Source: the human T2T-CHM13v2.0 reference genome, Homo sapiens
DNA length: 64,000 bases
Assembly: GCF_009914755.1 (NCBI RefSeq)
Contig: NC_060939.1
Direction: 5' to 3' (one strand)
The stretch's first letter is position 1. Every line of letters starts with the position of its first letter. The position numbers were made by a program, and so were the translations under genes. Positions 12,791-22,400 of this stretch are shown here, piece by piece. Below the pieces are notes generated by a model. That model was not told the origin of the DNA. It saw only the letters and a program-made list of their open reading frames with translations, and ran no database searches.

Positions 12791-15700
12791 CCTGGGGTTC
12801 TGAGCACCAAACTGTGCCTACCGAGAGTGAGCCCCATGATGCCTTTGGGGCCTGGCTCATACCCTGCTGGGTCATTGTCAAGGCTGGGTCTCCCCTTGAT
12901 CCTTAGAAAGAATGAGACTCAGGAGCCAACATGACGGCCAAAGCCCCGAATGATCCTTCAGCCAGCCAGAAGAGGGCCTTCAGGGAGGGCCATGGAAATG
13001 AAGGGACCAGAGAGCTGCCAAATGCCAGGGACCCTGTGGCGGCTCAGAGTGAGACCCAGCTGGCGACTCAGAGTCCCAGCTAAGAGCCCGTGGTCTTTGC
13101 AAGCCGAGGTAGCCAGCCCCAAGCATACCTGGTCCAGCCATGCCATCCTCTCCCACTTCATCTTCTTTCTAACAGCTAAAGACCATACCACTCCAACCCA
13201 GCCCCAGGTAGGCCTGGCCTAGCAAAGCGGCCCAGACAGTCCACCATGGCCACCACCCTCCTGCCTTTGTGACGTCACAGCCTGGTTGGGTGTGGCTGCG
13301 CATGGACCCTTCCAGGCTCCATGAGGTTCCTGTGTATCAACAGCTGCAAAGGCAAAGGGATTGGCCTCCTGGGCAGAAAGGGGCCAAAAGGGAGGGCCCT
13401 TTGGAGGAGCGTGGCTCTGGTGAGGGGTGGAGGTGAGACCCACACTTATGCTCTGATGCCTTGCAACTGATTTCCTCCAGATACAAACAGGGCAGCTGAA
13501 TGGGGAGATGGCCTCCCCCATCAGAGGCAGTTCCCAGCCAGCTTCCTTGGATGGCCACACAGGAATCACTCCACACACCATCCCTGAGAAGCAGAACCAC
13601 AGGGAAACCTCTTGTCCCTCTGGAAACTCAGTTACAATCAGTTCAGCACTTGAAGGAAGGATCTCGAAACATTACAGCCCGAAGAACAAGAGGGTGAAAC
13701 TGTGGAGGCCTCAGCATCTTCTACCCAGAGTGTGCCCAAGCTATACCCTGGGGCAGCCACCAGCATCAAGAGCTTCAGGCCAGTAGGGAGCTAGGGGACC
13801 TCTTGGTCCCATTTCCTTGATAACATCAGAAATCTGAAGAACAACTCTCCAGCAAGGCACGGGCTTCAACTGAAGCCCTCTTCCCAAGTCATACTAAAAC
13901 AAGAACTGACCCCAGCTGCGGGTGCTTCTCTCTGCCCGCACATCCCTCTTCCAGCCTGCTCCATATGCAGCCCCACACAGTGGGGGTTCCTGTTGGGATT
14001 GTGTGTCTGGGGCAAGTGACCTTACCACCCCAAGCCTCCATTTCCTCAGAAGTCAAACAGGGATGGGGATGCTGACTTTCCGGGATAAGCGTGACTCTCC
14101 GCCCTCTCTCCAGCCCCCTGGCTCTGGAGTGGAAATCTGGGCTCTTCTCGAGCTCAGTCAATACCAGCCATAGATATAACAGGGCACTGGGGAAAAGATG
14201 GGGCAAGGAGAGGTCATTTGACCCATGACCTCTGACCCTCCCCCACCTGCCACTGGCACAGCTCCTGTGGGAATCCATTTCCCTTGTTCTTTGGTGTTGG
14301 GTGGATTTAGAGAAAGGAGTCCTGATGGCCTCTCAGAATCCAAGTCCTGAAACAAGAATGGGGACACACACAGAGGGGCTCCAGATCCACTCCCTGCTCA
14401 CTATCCTCCCAGACGCCCTCCTGAGGCCCTCCAGTACCAAAGAGGGCAAGAGGCCACCCCAGTCCCCTCCCATCACAGACCTTTCTGGCAGCCTAGAAAG
14501 GCTAACCCAACTCTGCCCTATGAAACTGCTTCCCTGAGCATCATTTTCAGAGGAGCAACACCTCTGTGTGGCTATAAAGAGCCTACGTGATTGTGACCAT
14601 CCCTGCCTCCCACTGGCTTTCTACAGACAGACACATCCTTGGAGCAGCACACTGGATGCAGCTCACCCATTCCCAGAGACCCAGGCTGGGTACCAGGGGC
14701 CCCTTCTTCCAACCCTTGGCCCACCCCTGGCAATCTCTAGGTCAGGCTTCTGAGCACCAAGACTGGCTGCTCAGCTCCCACCTTCACCAGCACCCTACTA
14801 CCCACATCCACCCCCTACACACATACACATACAGCCCCAGCAATGCACTTCCAAGTCTGAGTTTCCCTAACAGTCTCACTCTGAACCCTTCTCCCTGCAT
14901 CCTTGGGAATGCTGGAAGCCTGTGGCCTGCAGTGGGGGAGAGGCACAGTTGGGTCTGTCCTGTTCCTCCTGCCCTCCCTGCTGACCCCCGCCCCTTGGCT
15001 GTTTATCTTGTCATCTCTGGCCGGGTTGAAGAGGGTAAGGGGGTGAACAGCAGAGCTGAGATATGGGTCAAGCTTGTCTCCTGGGCCAGGAGTCAGAGAC
15101 ATCTCCTGGGCTATCCATTTCCCTCAAACTGTCAGCTGCGAGAGCGCAAGCAGAAGCTCCATTAAGCCGAGAGGGCTGGTGGGCTTTCCAAAGAGCAGGA
15201 CTGCAATTCCTCCAGGCTTTGCAGCCCCATGGCCCTGGGCTGAAGCAAGGGGAGGTGCTCCCAGAGCAGCACCAAAGGCAGGTCCGGCCCCCTTAAGTCC
15301 GTCGAAGGGGTAAAGAGCCACCCAAAATGCCTTCCTCCAGACCTTGGCCAGGACCTCAGCACAAACCCTTCTCAGCTGCCTACCCATTGCTGAGGGTCCC
15401 CAAGGGCTGGAAGCCTTGGGGGAAAAGAGGTGAGAATTATCCTCTGAGCAATTCCAGTATGGTCCACACCCTTCTCCAGGGTGGTAGGTTAGGAAGGGGT
15501 CACCTGGCCGAGGTCAACGAAAGAAAAGAGGAGCAGACTCTCCAGTCCCCAGCCCTCGATCTGTCCTCTCCTTTGCGTCTGCTGCCATCCCCACCAAAGA
15601 AAAATAGCAAGGAGAAAAGAGCAGGCCACCACTGGTCTCCCTCGGAGGGGGCAGAACCAAGCAAAAGCCAGCCAGAGTTGAATGTTCCAAATGAACCGAT

Positions 15701-16512
15701 CCGCACGATCACACAAGAAACCCCTCTCCTCAAAACACACGCCCTCTCCTCTCCCTGCGCCATCCTGACTCGGAATAGTTCCGAGCAGTTATCAAAGCCC
15801 AAACTGGGAAGGGATCTGTAGGCGCCCAGATGCAGATGAGGGTGGCAAAGGGGTGTCTCGGAAATGCCCAAAATGGGGCTGGAGAGGGCGGGCTGCAGGA
15901 GGGGAAGGGAAGAGGTAGGCGTCCATGACGGCCTCCACACGTCCAAAGTCTCCCCGCGAGCAGCCAGCTCGCAACTTGTTTACTTGTCAGCATGTTTTGC
16001 TGTTTCCAAATGGAAATAGTTAAACACCTCGGCTGGATCGCGAGCAGTCCCTATCTGTCACCTTCCCTGCCGGCTAAGCGCTGCCGCCGCTGCCACCGCC
16101 GCTGCCGCCTCTGCCAAAGAATCGAACCTCGTCTACTTTATTCCACTTGAGCGTGGCCAAACTGTTGCTATTTAGTGGGGAGCAAAAAAAAAACAATTTG
16201 CACCATCGAAACGAGCCAGCAACTGGTTGGGAGGCGGGCGGTAGCTGGGCCCCGCGTGCCCTCGGCGGCCGGGGTCCTCTCCGGGGAGAGGCACACACAC
16301 GCATAGCCGGATCGCGCCTCGCCAGGGCCGGAGTCACCTGGAATGCGCAGCCGGAGAGCATCTCCCGAGCCAGAGCGAGCCTGACGCGCGCCCAGCGGGC
16401 GGCGGGCAGCGGCGAGCTGGGGCGGGCGGAGGGCCGGCTCCCGGCCGCGGGTGGGCAGGAGGGAGACGCAGAGCGCGGGGGAGGCAGGCTGGGGAGCGGC
16501 CGCCTGACTTAC

Positions 16513-16760
16513 ATGGAAGTGATATTCCTTGAGATGTCCGTGATGTTGATACTGGCGTTCCCATTGCTGTTCCCTGAATCCTGCCCTTCCAGGAGGGGGA
16601 AGAGGTTCCCATCGTCCGGCCGCCGGCAATTGATCTCAGTCTTGCTGCAGACACAATTTGCAGGGCAAGCCAGCACGGAGCCCACATAGTCCAGCCAGAC
16701 GCTTCCCAGCAAGAAAATCCGCCAGAAACTACACTTGGCTGGGCAAAGAGAGACATCCAT
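16513..16760 (-). CDS. NTRK3: NTRK3/TrkC first coding exon (codons 1-82 plus 2 nt): signal peptide, N-terminal Cys cluster of the LRR domain, N-glycosylation sequons
   Basis: Translation MDVSLCPAKCSFWRIFLLGSVWLDYVGSVLACPANCVCSKTEINCRRPDDGNLFPLLEGQDSGNSNGNASINITDISRNITS is the recognisable human TrkC N-terminus. ATG context GAGATGG. Ends at canonical donor CAT|GTAAGT (16512-16507), 248 coding nt, phase 2. NxS/T at N68, N72, N79. Confidence 0.98.
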
Positions 16761-16775
16761 CTCCGATCGCTGCTT
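16761..16775 (-). other. NTRK3: 5'UTR part of the first coding exon (15 nt)
   Basis: Pyrimidine-rich acceptor CTCCTCCTCTTTTTTAG|AAGCAGCGATCGGAG-ATG on the minus strand. Confidence 0.9.
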
Positions 16776-16908
16776 CTAAAAAAGAGGAGGAGGAGAGGAG
16801 AGGGGGGTGGGGTGGGGGGAGTGGGGAGAGCAGGGGGGGAAGGAAACAAAGACGGCGAGGGAGGGGGGAAGGGGGAGGGGGGGCCTCTGCCTTTGAAACG
16901 CCGAGCGA

Positions 16909-16941
16909 TCAGATGCAAAATCCTTCAGCGTCTGAAACCAT
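16909..16941 (-). other. uORF2 (MVSDAEGFCI*)
   Basis: GCG-ATG-G context; ATG GTT TCA GAC GCT GAA GGA TTT TGC ATC TGA. Confidence 0.7.
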
Positions 16942-16948
16942 CGCGGAC

Positions 16949-16972
16949 GCCGCCGCCGCCGCCGCCGCCGCC
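16949..16972. repeat. (GCC)8 / (GGC)8 trinucleotide repeat in the 5'UTR
   Basis: Eight uninterrupted GCC units read directly. Confidence 0.95.
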
Positions 16973-16994
16973 GGGTGGGAGCCGCGAGGAGCGC

Positions 16995-17018
16995 CTAGTG
17001 GCGCGGTCTGCCGGGCAT
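16995..17018 (-). other. uORF1 (MPGRPRH*)
   Basis: GCCGGCCACC-ATG-CCCGGCAGACCGCGCCAC-TAG on the minus strand within the 5'UTR exon. Confidence 0.7.
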
Positions 17019-17250
17019 GGTGGCCGGCTCGGCGATCGCTGACTCGCCGGGTCCGGGGGCTCTGGAAGCGAGGCGCGCTCTCCGACTCCGAGACTTTGCA
17101 GGGTTGCAACAGACGGTGGGGAGGCAAAAAAAAAAAAGGAAAAGGAAAAAATGGTGCTAAAGTCACCAAGTCCCACCTACTGGGCAGAATTAAAACGGAC
17201 ACACCACGCACCTGCAAAACACACACACTCACTCTCACACATACACACAC

Positions 17251-17340
17251 CCGGAGCCCGAGGAAAGGAAGAGAAGGAAGATGCAGTAGGAGCTGCAGCA
17301 GCCGCCGCGAATGGCTCGCCGCGCGGCTGCAGAAATGTAC
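17251..17340 (-). other. NTRK3: NTRK3 first (non-coding) exon; TSS approximate
   Basis: Donor CCGG|GTGTGT at 17250; lies within the CpG island next to a GC-box-rich promoter. The 5' boundary comes from recollection of the mRNA and cannot be fixed from sequence alone. Confidence 0.65.
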
Positions 17341-19407
17341 AAGTGCTCCGAGCCTTACGAAACGCACGGGTTATCGGAGCGTCTTCCTCGGCTCCCTCCC
17401 TCCCTTCCTCCCTCCCTCCTCCCCTCCCTCGTCGCGGCCTCCTCCCCCCGCCCCCCGCCCGGGCTGGGAGCGGCAGGAGAGCGGAATCTCCCCCTCCCTC
17501 CCCTCCCCACACCCGTCTCTCTCCCCGCCTGTCCTCTCCCTCCTCCCCACCCACCCACCCACCCACTCGCCGGCTCGCGGCTGTAGCCGGCACCGCCACC
17601 CGCAGCCTCGCGGCAGCCCGCCCGCTCCACGCCTCGCAGCGCGGCGCCCGCTAGCCGCAGCCCGGGGGAAACCGAGACCGAAGGGAAAAAGTTGCATTTG
17701 AGATTGCGAGGGTCGGGGCTGGGGAGGGAGAGTTGGCGAGCTGGCTGCACGACACGGAAAGGCGCTCTCCTTTCCACTTTTTGGCCCTCGCGCTACCCGG
17801 TTTTGCTGCAATCCGGACCGCGGTAGGAAGTGAAATGAACGTGGCGGAGGTGATTGGGGAGTGCTCCCAAGCCTTGGGTGGGGGGCGCTCCCAAGCCTGG
17901 GTGGGTGGGGGGCGCAGGCTCACGGACGGCGACGGGGGGTGCCGGAGCGCACAGACACCCCAGAGAAGCACCCAGAGCCGGGGACCGGGACCGCAGACGC
18001 GCAGTCCTTGGTCTGAATGACACTCATTTCCGTAATCTAGAGTCTGGGGCTCTGGTCTTGGCTGGGAGGGGACTGCGGGACATGGCACGCTAGGTGCCCC
18101 CCGTGCCCGCTGCGCTTTCTTGGAGGTGGGTTTTGCATTCGGCCTTGAGCAGGCATGGATCGGGGAAGGAAGAAACAGGGGTCGAAAGGGCTGCGCTGGA
18201 GAGCCGAGGTGGCCCCGGGCGAGCTGTGCGTGCAAGAGAAATGGCCGGGGGAAATTGAGATGCAAGGGGCATATTTTGGCAAGCGCCACGCCAGCACCGT
18301 CAGAGGCCGGCTTCTCGGGCTCAGCTCTCGGGTGAGCTGAGCTGGCTGCCGGGTGAGGGGGCGGGCGGGCTGCTTTCTCCGGATTCGGGGGCGCAGAACC
18401 TCCTCCTTCCCTCCCACACAAGCACCCCTTCCTGGTAGGGACGCAAAGCAGGTGCAGCTTTCGACGAGAGCTCAGATCTCATCCGGGAAAGAAGTGTGTG
18501 TGGGGGGGGCCCCGCTTTTGCGCTGGTAGGGATTTTTTTCTTAATAAAACATAAAGATGCCAAGTGTGAGCTGTTTGCTGAAAAAAAAAAAAACGAGCAT
18601 TCGCTGTGGGAAAGGAGAAGAAAGGGTTAGGGGAGTCCGAGCAGGCAGACACACTACAGCATTCACACGCAGAAGAAAGCAGGGTTCTCCTTCCCGAGCT
18701 TGGAGGAGGGCAGGCGAGGAAGCAAAATACATTGAATTCAATTCAACTGCATCCAGTATCTGAAAGGAGTCTCCCCCGCCCCCCTGTGGATTCCGATGCA
18801 GGTCATGCAACTTGCAGGCAAGATGGGGGAAGGGGTATGCCGGTGTCACCGCCTGCCCCAGGCGCAACCACAAACAGGCCGGTCGCCTTCGGGTGGCACT
18901 GTCGCTTGGAGTAAAAACTTGGACGAAAAAAATGGAAGAAAAGAACATGCCTATACAAGGCAGTTTTCCCGACTTCCCGTCACGTTCCACCTTCCCTTGG
19001 CCCCAGGGAGATTTTTACCCCCGTCGCCATTATGGCCTTGTCTCCAGACTGGCATTTTGCCCTCCCACCAGCAGGCGGGGACAGAGTGTGAAGACCTCCT
19101 TGGACTCTCAAACCACTTGCTACTGGCCCTAGGCCAATCCTGGCTGTCCTTAGGCCACTGGGAATTTCCCTGTCACTTCAAGTGCCATTCTGGGATTGGC
19201 TTTAGAATATCTGAGAGTCAGGGAAACTGAGGTGTAGTCAGATCCTAACACTTGGCCTCTCTTGGGAGGTGGCAGGTGGCAGCAGAGAAACACAGCCTCT
19301 CTCAGACCACTCCTGGGCAGGGAACGCCAAGTGGATTCAGCCCAGCATCAGTGCTCCAGCCTGGAACTGAAATGGTTGTGTCCAAAAGATGCCCAGCCCA
19401 CTTTTTT

Positions 19408-19447
19408 GAGAGAGAGAGAGAGAGAGAAAGAAAGAGAGAGAGAGAGG
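19408..19447. repeat. (GA)n microsatellite
   Basis: Read directly. Confidence 0.9.
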
Positions 19448-19705
19448 ATTTTTAACATGTCAAGCAGAGAAGAAGAGACATCCATAAGTTAGAACAACAA
19501 AAACAACAACAACAAAAAACCTTTAAAAACCCCTCTGGATTTGGTAAAAATGCAGATTGTGGAGCAAGGGGCCCTGATGGGCAAGAAGTCTTTCATCCTG
19601 ACAGTAAAATGGGATTAAGATGGGGTGCTACGTTTATGCTCACACTCTGGGCCTGAGCAGGAAGCGACAGCTGAAAAAGAGGGAAGCCCTTTCAAAAGCA
19701 GGTGA

Positions 19706-19920
19706 CGCATGGACACATAGAGGGGACAATGCACATGAGGGTCTACCAGAGGGTAGAAGGTGGGAGGAGGGAGAGGATCAGGAAAAATAACTCATGGATA
19801 CCAGGCTTAATACCTGGGTGATGAAATAATCTGTACGACAAACCCCATGACACATGTCTACCTGTATAACAAAGCTGCACATCCTACACACGTACCCCTG
19901 AACTTAAAGGTTTAAAAAAA
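19706..19920 (+). mobile_element. 5'-truncated primate L1 (older L1PA-type) 3'UTR end with A tail
   Basis: GGGAGGAGGGAGAGGATCAGGAAAAATAAC...CTTAATACCTGGGTGATGAAATAATCTGTAC...CTGAACTTAAA; TSD AAAAGCAGGTGA at 19694-19705 and 19921-19932. Confidence 0.9.
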
Positions 19921-20034
19921 AAAAGCAGGTGATAGACTAGAGTGGGGAAGAGCAGAATTTCATTTCTAACCACAGGGAAATGACAAGCTTTCTGGGACTC
20001 CGCTTTCCCATCTGTAAAATGACCACGTTAAGAC

Positions 20035-20195
20035 CAGATCCTCAAAACCCAAAGTGTGGCCCTCTGTCCAGTAGCATCCATATCACCTGGAAGCTTGCAA
20101 GAAGTGCAGCATCTGAGGCCCCATCACAGACCTCCCAAACCAGAATGTCCATCAGAACAAGCTCCCAGGTGATTCATAAGCACATCGCAGCCCCA
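20035..20195. mobile_element. MER5-like DNA transposon remnant
   Basis: CAAAGTGTGGCCC...AGCATC...ATCACCTGGAAGCTTG...AACAAGCTCCCAGGTGATTCATAAGCACA. Confidence 0.7.
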
Positions 20196-22254
20196 TAGTC
20201 ATCCCTCCCAGCTTGAAGATTCTCTGATTCTACATGGATCTGGGCCAAAGGGACTGTTGAGGGAGAAAAAAAAAAAAAAGGTGGGGAATGATGGGGATGG
20301 GTCCTCATAATGTTATTCAGTTACAGTGAAGTTAGGGTGAAATAAACTGGGTATCTCAGAGGCAGGGGCCTTGTCAGAAAAAGACATTTGAAGTTTCATT
20401 CTAAGCTTAAGAAGATGAGAATGACCTGCTCATGCACTGCTCACAGAAATCATAGTGCAGGGTCAATAATAGTGCACACTCAGAGTTTGCTAGTTCTTAA
20501 CCTCTGCAGTAGGCCAAATTTAAATGTGGGAGCAGAAGAAAGTCTCCAGCGTAGACACCCTCCCCTCAGTAAGAGTCCAGAGCATTTACAGTGTCTCACC
20601 TCTTGATAAGAATGTCCTGGTTGAAAAGGAAAAATGCCTGTCGCTTCATGGAGTCCTGGAGATATCATGACCAAGCTCAGCATCCAGCCAACCAGGGGTC
20701 ACCCCCCAACCTCCTCATCTCCTTTGCTACCAGCTGGAGTCTTAGAAAGGAGGAAACTCACCCGTGTGCCCCTTGCTGATCAATAAGAGGCAGGAATAGG
20801 CAAAGTTTTTTGTTTTGTTTTGTTTTTTGAACAGAAAGTAAAGCTTTAGAAACCCTTTACAGGCGAGCAGACACCTTCCAGTACCAAGGGTTTGGAGAAG
20901 ACAGAAATGTTCCCAAGATTCGAATGCAATCTTTCACCAGACAGGTCAGAGTGGGGACCACTTGCTGGAGCACAGTGGCCCAACTCCCCTGACACCTAGA
21001 GAAATTGAACACGTGTCTTTCTTAAAAGGCATGTTCCAGGCGTGCAAGCACCTGAGATTAATATCAACTGTTTATGGGAGATTTCCAGCAGCCCACATTC
21101 CCCTCCACCTAGCAAGGGAGAAAGGGAGTGGAAACTCAGAGCAGAGCCCTGCCAGTCTATTGGTCACCTGTCTGCCTTTCTAACCCAGCCACATCCCTTT
21201 TTCCAAAGGACCCATACTCCTGAGTCAGTGGCCACATTACCGGGATGTAGGCCACACACCAGGCAGGTCCATGGATTCACCCACCATGCCCTGCTCCTAT
21301 GGTGTCATTCTGAATCCAAGAGCTGTGCTTCACAACTTTCAAGTTTGAGCAGAAATAGGATCTACTTCTGCAAGTCTCAGCTGGTCAAGAAACTGTGATA
21401 CTGGGAGGTGACTGGGGAGCACAGCGGGCTACAAAGGGAATACTAGGTCCTGAAGGACTTGCTGTTCTAAAAGAGCTATCTGGAGCTGGCAGATCTGGGC
21501 TTGGGCTAGAGGAGGAGTTCTGTTTCTTGGGTGGCCCAAGCATAAGTTACAAGGGAAAGAGACAGGTCTGGGCCTGGTTGGAGGCTGGGGATGTATAATG
21601 CTATCCAGAAGCTCTGGGTCCAAGGAAAGAATTTTGACCATACATGGAAGATGAAAGCCCACCCACAAAAGGGGACAGTCAAGCACCAAAGTGGTCCAGG
21701 AAAGCAGAAGAATTCAACCATGGAAGAGCCAGCTCAGGGCTCCCACTCAAGTCCCAATATCTTGGACAAACACCTGCCAGGAGGTTGGGACTACCTGCTG
21801 GTGGTGTCCTGCTTGAACACCTTCAGTGGCAGGAAGCTCATTACCAGCCACTCCAGAGCCTTCGACTCTGTTCTCAGACAGCTCCATTCCTTGGGTATCC
21901 TTGACTTTGACATAGCGAAGCCAGCACCCTAAAGCTGCCACCCTCGTGCTAGTGCTGCCACCTAGACCCTCAGGGAAAAGTCTCACCTCTTTTCTGCAAG
22001 CCACCCAGGAGGCTACTCACTGCCCCTCTCTTCTCTGAGCAAAGCCTCAGTTCCTTCCCTATACTCCAAAAGCACAGCTTTCTGATCTTTCCCCACTACA
22101 GCTATTGGAAATGCATTCGGTTTGTCAAAGTGATCGGTTTAAATAAAGCATGGCTCCAGATCACACCGGCTTGAGGTGCTCTGACCTTGGGGAGCCAGGC
22201 GGTAAGCAGCTGTAATGGGACTAAAATGGTGTCATGTAGGGTTTACTACCCGCT

Positions 22255-22400
22255 AGTATCGAACCCTAGCAATGTACTTAAGGCTCTCCGCCTCAGTTTC
22301 CCCTTCTGCAAAATAGGATCTAACTCACAAGGTTGTCATGAGATAACACAGTAAGGCACTTTGAATAGTGCCTGGTGCACATAAGCATGGTATGTCAACT
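22255..22400 (+). mobile_element. MIR SINE
   Basis: GCCTCAGTTTCCCCTTCTGCAAAATAGG...AGTGCCTGGTGCACATAAGC. Confidence 0.7.

Larger units (their letters stand above)
1..16512 (-). other. NTRK3: NTRK3 intron following the first coding exon (continues beyond the window start)
   Basis: Begins GTAAGT; no TrkC-like LRR-coding continuation is seen in the ORF track for 1-16512. Confidence 0.88.
16891..17093 (-). other. NTRK3: NTRK3 non-coding 5'UTR exon
   Basis: Long T/C tract (17125-17151, minus) then CTGCAAAG|TCTCGGAG acceptor. 3' end at TTTCAAAG|GCAGAG (GC donor). Junctions match my recollection of the NTRK3 mRNA leader, not verified here. Confidence 0.7.
15700..18530. promoter_or_regulatory. NTRK3: CpG island / NTRK3 promoter (TATA-less, GC-rich)
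   Basis: Very high GC and CpG density against CpG-depleted flanks; GC boxes (e.g. CCCCGCCCC ~17446); spans all three 5' exons. Edges approximate. Confidence 0.92.

Noticed and set aside
16509-16760. 83 aa ORF as a complete small secreted protein
   Set aside because: The final Met and stop come from reading into the GTAAGT donor. It is an exon of NTRK3, not a standalone gene.
16658-17701. 347 aa plus-strand ORF antisense to the NTRK3 5' exons
   Set aside because: Non-ATG start; low-complexity Arg/Gly/Pro/Ala runs from CpG-island, poly-A and CA-repeat DNA; no recognisable domain. Stops are rare in GC-rich DNA.
1-19000. REST/NRSE site expected for a neuronal gene
   Set aside because: Only partial matches found by eye (e.g. 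~279, ~11266, ~15268); none has both half-sites at canonical spacing. A PWM scan would be needed.
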